Shown here piece after piece: positions 37,920 to 49,582 of a DNA stretch of 64,000 bases (position 1 is the stretch's first letter; each line of letters starts with the position of its first letter). The DNA is from Azolla caroliniana (lineage: Eukaryota > Plantae > Polypodiophyta): the NCBI GenBank assembly GCA_043228905.1, contig JBHGNT010000006.1, positions 20,274,001 through 20,338,000 of the forward strand, read 5' to 3'. The position numbers and the translations under genes were made by a program. The notes beneath the pieces are model-generated. The model worked only from the letters and a program-made list of their open reading frames with translations. It was not told the DNA's origin and made no database searches.

Positions 37920-38435
37920 GTGGTTTTGTGGCTAAAAACAATATTGGATGCAAATATTACTTGATTTGTGGAAATACAAGTCAAAGAATGGTCTCTTGAT
38001 GACATGTTCCTATAGCCAAAGAATTAACAACGTTTTGCTTAAATTTTCAATATAGCCATTATAAGCTATTTGTCATGAAATACTACAATTAATATGGCCG
38101 ATATCGTCGTGAACTTCCACTCGTAATTGTTATGCTACCATGTCCATGTCTCTAAGACTGTGAGCCCCAACTCAAACGTGGTTTTGTGGCTAAAAACAAT
38201 ATTGGATGCAAATATTACTTGATTTGTGGAAATACAAGTCAAAGAATGGTCTCCTGATGACATGTTCCTATAGCCAAAGAATTGACAACGTTTTGCTTAA
38301 ATTTTCAATATAGCCATTATAGGCTATTTGTCATGAAATATTGCAATTAATATGGCCGATATCGTCGTGAACTTCCACTCGTAATTGTTCTGCTACCATG
38401 TCCATGTCTTTAAGACTATGAGCCCTAACTCAAAC
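37920..38435. repeat. 258-bp tandem duplication
   Basis: GTGGTTTTGTGGCTAAAAAC starts at 37920 and 38178; both copies end CTCAAAC. Confidence 0.9.
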
Positions 38436-38599
38436 TTCGATGATATCTATATGGAGCAAAGCTTGTGATAACTTTCAAGGGGATGGATGGACCGTTGACA
38501 TCAACACCCCAAGAGCGATCTGATGCATCGACTCTCAACCCAATTTCTGTCAAAGGGACCTTAGACATATTGTTGGCGCCATAGGGATTAAGCGATTGT

Positions 38600-39210
38600 T
38601 CTACATGAGGTGGCTTGTTTGTAGGAAGTTTCAATAGTGGTATAGGTTTTGGGAAGCCTATCAAGCAAAGGGGATCTTCGACATTTTGTTGCAGGCTTGC
38701 AAATGTCAGGCTTCTATACAAGCAAATTTGGATAAAATCATTGACATTCAGAAGCTAGGACGTGGATATTATCAATTAGAATTCGAGAAGGCCGAATAAG
38801 TTTCTCGTCTCTTGTCATTGGGTTCGGCAGATCTTAAGGGTGCTTTGGCTAAATTTTATCCTTGGCATCATGGATTTAATATTGCTGCATTACAGGAGGA
38901 TCCAGCCGCTACGTTCACTTGCACGACGGTTTTTCCCAGCTTGGAGAAAGAATGGAGGAAGATAATACCTAAAATAGGTGGAACAATTGGTAGAGTCTTG
39001 GCTTTTCACCTACGGACTACACATGATGTTATGGAAGGAGGAGGAGCTCCGTTGGTGAAATTGTTATGTCGGAAAGGACCTAAATTACCGCGGTTACGGT
39101 TGATTCAATTACCAAAATTAGATGGAAATAGTTTTCAGAAAAAATCAGAAGGTTGTATATTATGGTTTACCAAATCAATGTTATAAGGTGTAACGAAATA
39201 GGTCTATGAT
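38600..39210 (+). pseudogene. L1-type LINE ORF1 remnant
   Basis: FYPWHHGF...IGGTIGRVL, then a frameshifted VVYYGLPNQCY.C zinc-knuckle start, typical of plant L1 ORF1. Boundaries approximate. Confidence 0.6.
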
Positions 39211-39488
39211 AGATTGACATATTCACATTCATGGGGGTTACCAAATGAACGCATACGAATATGCAAGCATGCATGAAAAATATTGGTAAAAAAAGAAAAA
39301 GAAAAAGAGTTCATACTCTTTAGTTTCTTAGATATATCATATAACAAAGAGACTTTCACATTAAAAAGGGGATATTTAACTTCACATTAAAATGGAGACT
39401 TACACTAAATAATATTTTTATATAATGGATGGAAAACTTAAAAGTATTTGTTTTATTTTTAATAAATAAATAATAGATAATAAATAAA

Positions 39489-40225
39489 GGAAATTGGTAA
39501 ATTCACAGTTTTTTTTGTATTTTCACAGTTTGTTTTTGTATTTTCACAATTTTGTTTGTATTTTCACAGTTTATTAAGATTTGGAGCATGTTCTAGCATT
39601 GTGTCCAAGCTCTCCGCAATTCCTTCCATCTTTGTAGAAATATTTTCCATTCGTCTTCTTTCTTGAATACCAAACAAACTAATTTCCTATATTTCGAATG
39701 GCCAATCAAACTATCAGGTATTTCATGGTTGTGATCACCCAAAATCTTTCGAACATACCAAATGCCTTTTTTGCACCCACAAATGATTTCAAAAGTGCAA
39801 TATGTTAGCCTGGATCCCTTTTTCCTTTTCTGATCGCCATCGCTGGTCTCCTTGACCTTTGGTTCTCCACCCAAATCACACTTCAACTCGACTCTATTAT
39901 AAGCAAATCTTTTCGTTGTTAAAACAACACCTTTTTGAACATATTCTGCTTTGAGAGCTTCAATCATAGCTTCTTTGGAAGAATACCCAGATTCCATCCC
40001 CCAAAAAAAGGAAGAGAGAGAGAGAGAGAGAGAGAGAAATGCATAATATGCAGGGAGGGAGGGAGCCGTTACTGAGAGCAAGCGAGCGAGTAATTTCCGC
40101 GCCTCTGTTTATAACAAAATATGTAGTGCAAACATAAATTGTGAGTGAGCACACAAATAATCATATTTCTCAACTAAAAAAAAAGCTGTGAAAATACAAA
40201 AACAACTGTGAATTTACCAATTTCC
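39489..40225 (-). mobile_element. Internally deleted Mutator-like element (MULE) with TIRs
   Basis: About 40-bp TIRs GGAAATTGGTAAATTCACAG; 8-bp flanking duplication TAAATAAA; ORF 39593-40081 has a FAR1/WRKY-GCM1-like domain (C...SRLTYC...HNH). Confidence 0.85.
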
Positions 40226-41609
40226 TAAATAAAAGGTTCATTAATTCCCAACTTTTTACTCTCCCACAAAAATTGATATTTTTATCTGTTATTAAAAGGG
40301 GACCTCACACTAATAATATTTTTATAATAGATATAAAACTTACATGTATTTGTTTTATTTTTTAATAAAACAAAAAACAAAAATAAATAAAAGGTTACCA
40401 TAAATTTTCATATTTTTATCTCACATTAAAAAGGGGACCTCACACTAATAATATTTTTATAATAGATATAAAACTTAAAGGGTTTAGGGTTTGGGGTTTA
40501 CCCTCGCCCCCTTTCTGTTAATTTTTATTACTGAAGCAATGCCTGCCTTTTTTAATAGTCAATGGGCAAATCTACATAGTCTTTCGATCCCTAACTCAAG
40601 GAAGTTCCTGTTGGACTCGGAGTTCGCAGACGATACGATGTTGTACCTCCAAGGAAATCAAGCGAATCTTCTTTTGCAAAGCATCAGGTGCCTCCATCAA
40701 TTGGAATAAGTCCAAGGGTTTCTGGATTAGCTCGGAGTCAGACCCTGTATGGAGGCCAAATGTTGAATTCAAATGGATTGTAAAAGGGGAAGACACTAGA
40801 TATCTGGGAATGTGGATTGGTGTAGATATCAACAAAGGAATTCAGTTGCAACAAAATCAAAGTAAAATTTGTGACAAAATATGCAACTGATCGGCAGGAT
40901 CATAGTAGCTAACCATGTGCTCTTGTCTACGTTATGGCATGTAGTTTCAGTGTGGATGTTTGACAAGCAAGCTATTCGTACTGTTAAAGCGTTGTCGTGA
41001 AGAATTTCGGCCAGAGGCGGAAACCGGGAAACATTGGCTACATCGGCGGGGTGCAGCGTGTGTACGCACCCATGTACATTTAGTGTGAATAACGAGGGCG
41101 CCTTTATGGCGCCGAAGAGTAGTCAAGTCGGGACAGACGATCCCATGTAAGTCGGGATCTATCCCACATTGTAACGCATCCCTCTCCTTGTTCTATAAAA
41201 GGAAGGGAACGCCCTTTGTGAAAGGGTTGCCCATTTTTGCGTTAGAGGGTATACCATTAGTCTAGGGTTAGTGTTTCTGTTTCTTCTTCTTCTTCTTCTT
41301 CCCCTTCGTGATTTACTTAGGGTTTGGTTCGGCTCGGCCTCCTCTGCAAGACCCCGCTCAGCGCGACGGGCCCGAGAGCTCCCCGACGGCGGCTTGGCAG
41401 TAGACGACTGTTGTAAGCTATCTTGGTCTGACTCAAAGCCGGGAATGTATTCTTCTTTTATATATATATATATATACGTTTGCATCTGTCTGTGTATATT
41501 CGCGTCTATGTTGGTGTCGGGTGTTTCCCCCTTTCCTGCGTTTCTTGTACATAAGGGCGTGAGGCGGGTGTGTGTGTGTGTGTGTGAGTGTGTGTGCGTG
41601 AGTCAGTGT

Positions 41610-41643
<34 letters not shown>

Positions 41644-41809
41644 TCGGTTGCTTCCGGTGTGCTTCTGGGATGCCCAGAAACGGTGAATCACGACTTCCTA
41701 CGCTCCATCACTCCCTAGTCCAAGACCCCCGTGGTCCCGCCTTTCTCCACGCACGCGCGTAACAACGTGACATATTTGGTGAACCCGACGTGAAAGGCGG
41801 CAAGGGAGG

Positions 41810-43185
41810 ATGGAGTCGGAAGACGACGACCTTGCGGAGATGGTGGCCGAAGTGGTGTTGGAGTCGGCCGTTTCAACGGGGACAAAGTCCCATCTTACTT
41901 GGAAGCCTACAACGCGGAAATGGAGGAGTGTGGCATAGACGAGGCGTTGAGGCTGGAGTTCTTCTATTGGGTCGTGGCTGTCCGAATGCATGCGGAAATA
42001 AAGGAGCTCCGTGAGGCTCATAGTTTGTGGGAGGCCTTCGAAGAGGCGCTCCTGAAGGCATATGGAGGACGGCGGAAGAGCCGGGGACGGCACGACTTTG
42101 ACTAGTGGGTAGCATCGGCAAAGAACCACCAGGGCGCGACCAAGGCGTTCCGAGAGTTCGAGCGACGGCTTGCTCGGCTCCCGGAGCGGGAACAAGGTTT
42201 GGTGGGGGCGGACAAAGTCCTTTTGTTCGTCAGGTCGATCGACCAAGCGGAACGGGAAGCCATTGGGATTGAGCTCGAAGACGATGACGAAGCGAATGGG
42301 CTTACGGAGGACTGGTCGAAGGTCGGAAGGGTGTGCCAACGGCTAGACAACGAGCGAGCCGAGAAGGCTAAGAGGAAGGTACGCGACGGCGTGCCATCAC
42401 AGCAGGAAGAGGCCGAACGGCAAAGAGAGTCGGCAAGGGTCGGCGTTGGGGCCAGGATTGCGGAGGTGTACGCAACTCTCGAGGCGATGCTCGAGGAAGA
42501 GGAAAGACGGAGGCCGCAAGCCGAGACTGAGAAGACGGACTTGCCCCACGCGACGGCGAAAGATCGGTACGACGGTACCACGGGAGAGGGTGCGGAACGA
42601 AACGCCCTCTCGACTTGTGGAGATAGAACGGCCAAGGACGAGGCCGAGATACAGATCGCAGAACCAGAACGTTGGGACCAGCGGTTTCGGGCGTGTCAGC
42701 CCGAGATCCCGGTCATGAGAGAAGCAAGCCCAAATGGGGCTTGCGCGATCGGTAAGAAGACGACCGCCGACTGCGAAGAGTCGATGGCTACGGACAAGAG
42801 CGTAAAACGGACGGGTGATTCTTTGTGTCTTCCCACACTTGCTCCCGAGACGTTGGCAGTCGGGCCCGAGTGCCCACGTGAGTCCCAAGCGGAGGAAGGC
42901 GGCGGAGAAAGGCCAAGAATCACCGGTGAGACGATACGGGGAAGGAGCGGACGAAAGCCCACGGACCCGATTCCGGAGAACTCGGCATTCGGGCCCGTAT
43001 GGCCATGTAAGACCGAGGAGATGGATGACGGTACCGAGGAGTCCTTGCACGATACCAGCGAAGACGGATGGGAAACGGCCTGCGAGGAGGCCGAGGACAT
43101 AAGCGGCACGAGAAGATCGGCATTCCGATTCGTATGGAGCAGAATTCGATCGTGGATCATTCGATCGGGGCCGGATTCGGCATGA
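41810..43185 (+). pseudogene. gag: Gag-like ORF of H (64-bp deletion and a premature stop relative to F)
   Basis: ORFs 41899-42105 and 42199-43185 match the F Gag. Confidence 0.8.
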
Positions 43186-43811
43186 AGGTGCCGATACGGG
43201 AGAGGGTGCGGGACGAGCCGCCCTCTTTTACATGGGGAGAAAGACCGATCGAGCGAAGGTCGAGAGTTGGAAAGAGAATGCAAGCCAGTCCTATGGGATT
43301 CCTTACACCGATCCGGCTGCAGGCCTGAGGGCCGGTGTGAGTCCTATAAGAGAGATCGGTGGCGACAGGAGAACGGGACTCAGCAATCCGGAGAAGGACG
43401 AACGGACCCGGATGAGAACCGGGCGGAACGGACTCCCGGATGACCATTCCGGGAGGGAGGAAGAGAGCAAGGCCTACGAAGAGGCCGAGGACACGGTACG
43501 TCGGTACCACGGGAGAGGGTGCGGAACAAAACGCCCTCTCGGCATGCGGAAAAGGACGACCCGGGACAGGGTCGAGAAGACGGATCGGAAGCCTACGGAG
43601 GATCCTTCACACCGGTTCTAGAGACTTCGACAGTCGGCAACACGATCGACGTAAGACCAAGATACTGACGGTGGCGGCGAGGTGACGAAGGCAAAGGGGC
43701 TACGGATGGGCGGTCTACGGAGGATCCTTCACACCGGTTCTAGAGACTTCGGCAGTCGGCAACGCGGTTGACGTAAGACCAAGATACTGACGATGGCGGC
43801 GAGGTGACGAA

Positions 43812-46321
43812 GGCAAGGGCGTAAGGAAGTCCGGTCCTACGGGATCCCCACACTTAACCAGAGACTCCGGCAGTTCGGCCAACGTGGCAACATGAGACCG
43901 AGAGAGAAGGTTGGTGGCGGCGGGAAACGGGACCCGACTACGCGGAAGACACGAGGAGAGTCCGGGAGGGACTCAAACAAAAGACACCCGAATTACGGCA
44001 GGCATAGAAACGGAGTCCGGTCCTATGGGACCCTCACACCGATCCGGAGACCTCGGCTGATCGGCCAACGTGGCAACATAAGACCAATGGAGAAGGATGG
44101 TGGCGGCAGGGAACGGGACCCGACGACACGAGGTTTCGGAAGGAGCCGGTAGGGACAAACACGGGGAGGTGTGTCAGGCCGGAAAGGCACACCTGGGATA
44201 GAACAAGGGTCTCGCAAGTGGCCATCGCGGGCCAGATCGAAGCGTGACTACGGGACGGTGTTCGGCGCGGGCGGGGCCGAACGAAGGAAGCGGAAGACGG
44301 CACAAGGGAGGTGCTGGGAACGAGGTGACAAGTGCCTAGTGGACTGCACAGGGTCGGAAGTCAGGGGATGGCAAGAGAGGCCTGAGGAGGAACCTCCACA
44401 CTCGCTTCGTAGATCTCGGTAGCTTTGTCGAAGTAGCGAAGATTGACACGGCAAGCCGGGATGACAAGCTGGTGGGGGCAAGGGGACGACGGCAAACGAA
44501 AGACTCAGGACCTGTTGCAGCAGCACGAAGACGGGAAGGGCCAAGCGGGCTACTACGGGGTGTTCCTCGGATGCGAAGGACACTAGTATGCGGGTGAGTG
44601 GCGATGCACGATCTGGCCGGGAAAGTGGCCGACGAGCCGTGTAATGAACCGGAGTACGGCACAGGCGGTGACAAACAACAGACGAGGGTATGTGGCACAC
44701 GGAGGTGCCGGAGGGGGAAGGCGAGCGCGGAGAAGAACGAAAAGGGATCCTCCACACTATTCCGGAGACCATGGCGGTTCGAGCCGACGCGGCGATGTAA
44801 CACCATGGAGAAGGAAGGTGGCGGCGGGAGGACGTCGGGCATACGGCGGGAAGCGGGGCGTTCATACGGCCGAACAAGGGCCAGCGAAAGTACGCATACT
44901 ACGGAGATCGCAACAAAGGACCCATCGACGGGTCAAACGAGCCTACGGGGAGGCGAGCGCGAAGGAAGACTCGAAGCCGACGGATCAAACCGGCAGCAAG
45001 CCGAGACGCGGATCACGGGAGACCGGTTTCTCACCGGCCGAAATCTCTCACCCTTCAACTAGATTTGGCAAGGGCGTAAGGAAGTCCGGTCCTACGGGAT
45101 CCCCACACTTAACCAGAGACTCCGGCAGTTCGGCCAACGTGGCAACATGAGACCGAGAGAGAAGGTTGGTGGCGGCGGGAAACGGGACCCGACTACGCGG
45201 AAGACACGAGGAGAGTCCGGGAGGGACTCAAACAAAAGACACCCGAATTACGGCAGGCATAGAAACGGAGTCCGGTCCTATGGGACCCTCACACCGATCC
45301 GGAGACCTCGGCTGATCGGCCAACGTGGCAACATAAGACCAATGGAGAAGGATGGTGGCGGCAGGGAACGGGACCCGACGACACGAGGTTTCGGAAGGAG
45401 CCGGTAGGGACAAACACGGGGAGGTGTGTCAGGCCGGAAAGGCACACCTGGGATAGAACAAGGGTCTCGCAAGTGGCCATCGCGGGCCAGATCGAAGCGT
45501 GACTACGGGACGGTGTTCGGCGCGGGCGGGGCCGAACGAAGGAAGCGGAAGACGGCACAAGGGAGGTGCTGGGAACGAGGTGACAAGTGCCTAGTGGACT
45601 GCACAGGGTCGGAAGTCAGGGGATGGCAAGAGAGGCCTGAGGAGGAACCTCCACACTCGCTTCGTAGATCTCGGTAGCTTTGTCGAAGTAGCGAAGATTG
45701 ACACGGCAAGCCGGGATGACAAGCTGGTGGGGGCAAGGGGACGACGGCAAACGAAAGACTCAGGACCTGTTGCAGCAGCACGAAGACGGGAAGGGCCAAG
45801 CGGGCTACTACGGGGTGTTCCTCGGATGCGAAGGACACTAGTATGCGGGTGAGTGGCGATGCACGATCTGGCCGGGAAAGTGGCCGACGAGCCGTGTAAT
45901 GAACCGGAGTACGGCACAGGCGGTGACAAACAACGGACGAGGGTATGTGGCACACGGAGGTGCCGGAGGGGGAAGGCGAGCGCGGAGAAGAACGAAAAGG
46001 GATCCTCCACACTATTCCGGAGACCATGGCGGTTCGAGCCGACGCGGCGATGTAACACCATGGAGAAGGAAGGTGGCGGCGGGAGGACGTCGGGCATACG
46101 GCGGGAAGCGGGGCGTTCATACGGCCGAACAAGGGCCAGCGAAAGTACGCATACTACGGAGATCGCAACAAAGGACCCATCGACGGGTCAAACAAGCCTA
46201 CGGGGAGGCGAGCGCGAAGGAAGACTCGAAGCCGACGGATCAAACCGGCAGCAAGCCGAGACGCGGAACACGGGAGACCGGTTTCTCACCGGCCGAAATC
46301 TCTCACCCTTCAACTAGATTT
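43812..46321. repeat. 1255-bp near-perfect tandem duplication inside H
   Basis: Identical ORFs offset by 1255 (43892 and 45147); junction at 45067 with GGC microhomology. Confidence 0.93.
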
Positions 46322-48902
46322 GGCCCGTACCGGTGGACGTGCAGTTAGGTGGGGGCAGATGTTGTGAAGAATTTCGCCCAAAGGCGGAAACCGGGAAACA
46401 TTGGCTACATCGCCGGGGTGCAACGTGCGTACGCACCCATGTACATTTAGTGTGAATAACGAGGGCACCTTTATGGTGCCGAAGAGTAGTCAAGTTGGGA
46501 CAGACGATCCCATGTAAGTCGGGATCTATCCCACATTGTAACGCATCCCTCTCCTTGTTCTATAAAAGGAAGGGAACGCCCTTTGTGAAAGGGTTGCCCA
46601 TTTTTGCGTTAGAGGGTATACCGTTAGTCTAGGGTTAGTGTTTCTGTTTCTTCTTCTTCTTCTTCCCCTTCGTGATTTACTTAGGGTTTGCTTTGGCTCG
46701 GCCTCCTGTGCAAGACCCCGCTCGGCGCGATGGGCTCGAGAGCTCCCCGACGGCGGCTTGACAGTAGACGACTGTTGTAAGCTATCTTGGTCCGACTCGA
46801 AGCCGGGAATGTATTCTTCTTATATATATATATATACGTTTGCGTCTATCTGTGTATATTCGCGTCTATGTTGGTGTCAGGTGTTTCCCCCTTTCCTGCG
46901 TTTCCTGTACATAAGGGCGTGAGGCGGGTCTGTGTGTGTGTGTGTGTGAGTGTGTGTGCGTGAGTCGGTGTTAATCTCTCTCTCTCTCCCTTCGGTTGCT
47001 TCCGGTGTGCTTCTGGGATGCCCGGAAACGGTGAAGCACGACTTCCTACGCTCCGTCACTCCCTAGTCCAAGACCCCCGTGGTCCCGCCTTTCTCCACGC
47101 ACGCGCGTAACAACGCGACAACGTGTATTAGGGGATTCCTATGGGATGGGATCAAGAAAGACAACGCGGCAGCCAAAGTATCATGGTCTACGTTAGTTCT
47201 TCCCAAGAGTAAGGGGGGTTTAGGATTGATTGACCCTGGATTGCAGAGTCAGGCTTTGCTATGTAAGGTATTGGTAAGGAGCTTGGTACCCGGTAACGAG
47301 TTATGGAAAACATTGATACATAATAGGAGCATTCTCTGGAGTCCAAGACTTGGTAGGCAATGGAAGTCACATAAAGCATAGTTTTTTTGTATGGACTTAA
47401 AGTTGAGGAAATCTAATCGGTTGGGTGATCGTACTTGTATGTCAGTGATGAAGGCATGGAGTATGCTCCGTGGGCATCTAAGTCGGAATCATCCAAGTAC
47501 TAATGATGAATGGATGTGCCAACCCCTATTGTGGAACAAGACCGTAAAATCGTCATAGGGAAAGATGCTTGGACAGAGCAAGTGTATGCCGTGGGCTATA
47601 TTGTATTGTGTAGGGATTCATTTAGTAGCAGATTGGATGCGGTTGTCCGACAGTAATCGTGATAAATTATATGAAGACGTGGGAAAGGTCAGAAATGGCA
47701 AAAAGATGCTTGACCTAGTCAATACAACGATCTACTCTGTTCCTATTGGTAATGAGGAAGAGAGTGAATGGTCCGGACAATGTGATGATACGGGAAAAAT
47801 TATCAATGCCAGGGGTCTAGGAAAGAATGGGAAGATCGTCCAGTTGGGATCAATAGATGAAAGTGCAAGTTGGTACCTGATTAGGTGTAAAGAATCGGAT
47901 ATGATTCTTGTGAAGCGGAAGAGATGTGAGTTATGTGTGTGTATGAGAGAGTGAGAGAGAGTGAGAGAGACAAGGAATAATACATAGAGAATACACAAGG
48001 TAGATTGTATTAACAAAGGAGAAAGACTCAACATTATACAAGGTGGGAGGAGGGTGCTTTATGTAGTCACCCTCTCTCTTCATTAACTACAAGACTCATG
48101 GAGCATGGGGAATGTGAAAGCTCATAAGTTATGTGTCATAGAATATGATTATATGACTCATACTAAATGCTAGAATACAAAGTGGTGACATAATGGTGAC
48201 TCTTGACCGTTGGAGTGTCCCTTCACTCTCAAGGTGAGTTCACACACTAGACCAAGTTGAGCTTGATTCTCAACACGCCCCCTCAAGCTCAAGTCCGGTC
48301 GGTTTCGGACGGTATCCGAAATCCGCTTCAACTCGCATTCCGGAGTTCGCATCGACTCGCTTTATGCGGAGTTGCGGAATCTGTGCTCCAGCTTGCGTTG
48401 TGCGTAGTTACGAAGTCTGTGCTTTGGCTTGCGTGTTTCTTCGCGGCTTTGCGCTATTGTGAAGATCCGTCACTACGCGCGGATCGTGAGGCGGAACCGC
48501 CTGGGTTCTGAACCAGAAGGATTTAGAGTCGATACAAGCTTTGGCGAGAAAGTACTTAAGATAGATTGGGAAAGAGAGAAGTTGAGATTACACGATTGAG
48601 AGAGATTGATTGAACTTTTAACTTTAGATTTAAGAAACAAGTTACACGATCAATTTGATAACGAATTTCTTCCTCTTAATTTTCATAAAAAAAACCGTGT
48701 TTTTTCTCCTCCCCCTTCCCTCTTTTATAGATGCTCTCATGCATATGATGCATGTGAGGGTACAAGACATGCATAAATTGCATGTTTGCCATTTGGGGCT
48801 TATGTATTACATGTGATGCATGATAACCATGTCACTCATTTTAGTTCTCATGTATGAGAATTTACATGTAAAAGTACAATGATAAAAATATAATTTTAAC
48901 TA

Positions 48903-48974
48903 AATAGCATGGCTTAATGGTAAGCCAATTGACTCCTAACTTGAAGGTGCAAGGTTCGAATCCTTACTTGCCCT
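48903..48974 (+). promoter_or_regulatory. tRNA-like A/B-box cassette in the I 3' LTR
   Basis: TGGCTTAATGG at 48910 and a perfect B box GGTTCGAATCC at 48953. Confidence 0.7.
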
Positions 48975-49582
48975 CCTTGTATATGTAAATATGTATATAT
49001 ATTTATATATTTATTTATCTAGTCGCCGGACGTCGGTTCGCCGGATGTCGTTGGTTACCGGTGCCGTCGCCGGATACCGTCGGTTACCGGTTCCTCGTCG
49101 GATCACCGGCTCCATCGCCGGTCCGGTTTTGGTTGCCCAAAACCCTTTACGAGTAGCTAGCCCACCTCCACTCTTAGTTCAAGTTACCTTGAACTCTCTA
49201 TGCTCCACACATAGACACAAAGATAATATCTTTTGCTCCACCTTATATATTATGAGAGTTGTATTTGTCGTGCCTATGTGGGATATCTCACAATTTTCTC
49301 CTTTCCTTTTACAAACTTTATACTCTCATATCTTGACATTTAGTTGTCCGTTTCTCGTGTAATAAAGTGCATTCGAAACCTCCATCATTTTGTACTTAGA
49401 TATTAAATCTATTTAAAATGTTATCTTCACAATTATTGTACTATGTGATTCATACTCGATTTCGTACGTTTTATAGGATTTTTACACTATTACCGAAAAT
49501 CTTCACGACATCCACCCCCACCAAACCGCACGTCCTCCGATACGTGCCAAGAAGAGAAGAAGTGAGATTTCGGCTACGATAA

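Larger units (their letters stand above)
40993..47120 (+). mobile_element. Non-autonomous gag-only LTR element H (same family as F)
   Basis: LTRs 40993-41772 and 46360-47120; perfect 18-nt PBS TGGTGAACCCGACGTGAA at 41777-41794; PPT before 46360; 4-bp TSD GCGT/ACGT. Confidence 0.93.
40491..47908 (+). pseudogene. L1-type LINE ORF2 (RT) remnant, split by element H and cut by Copia K
   Basis: LAPFLL...FADDTMLYL (40491-40709); the frame joins across H as TVKACIRGFLW...VSWSTLVLPKSKGGLGLID. Confidence 0.85.

Noticed and set aside
24568-47120. Giant inverted repeat suggesting a TIR element
   Set aside because: F and H are two independent insertions in opposite orientation, each with its own TSD.
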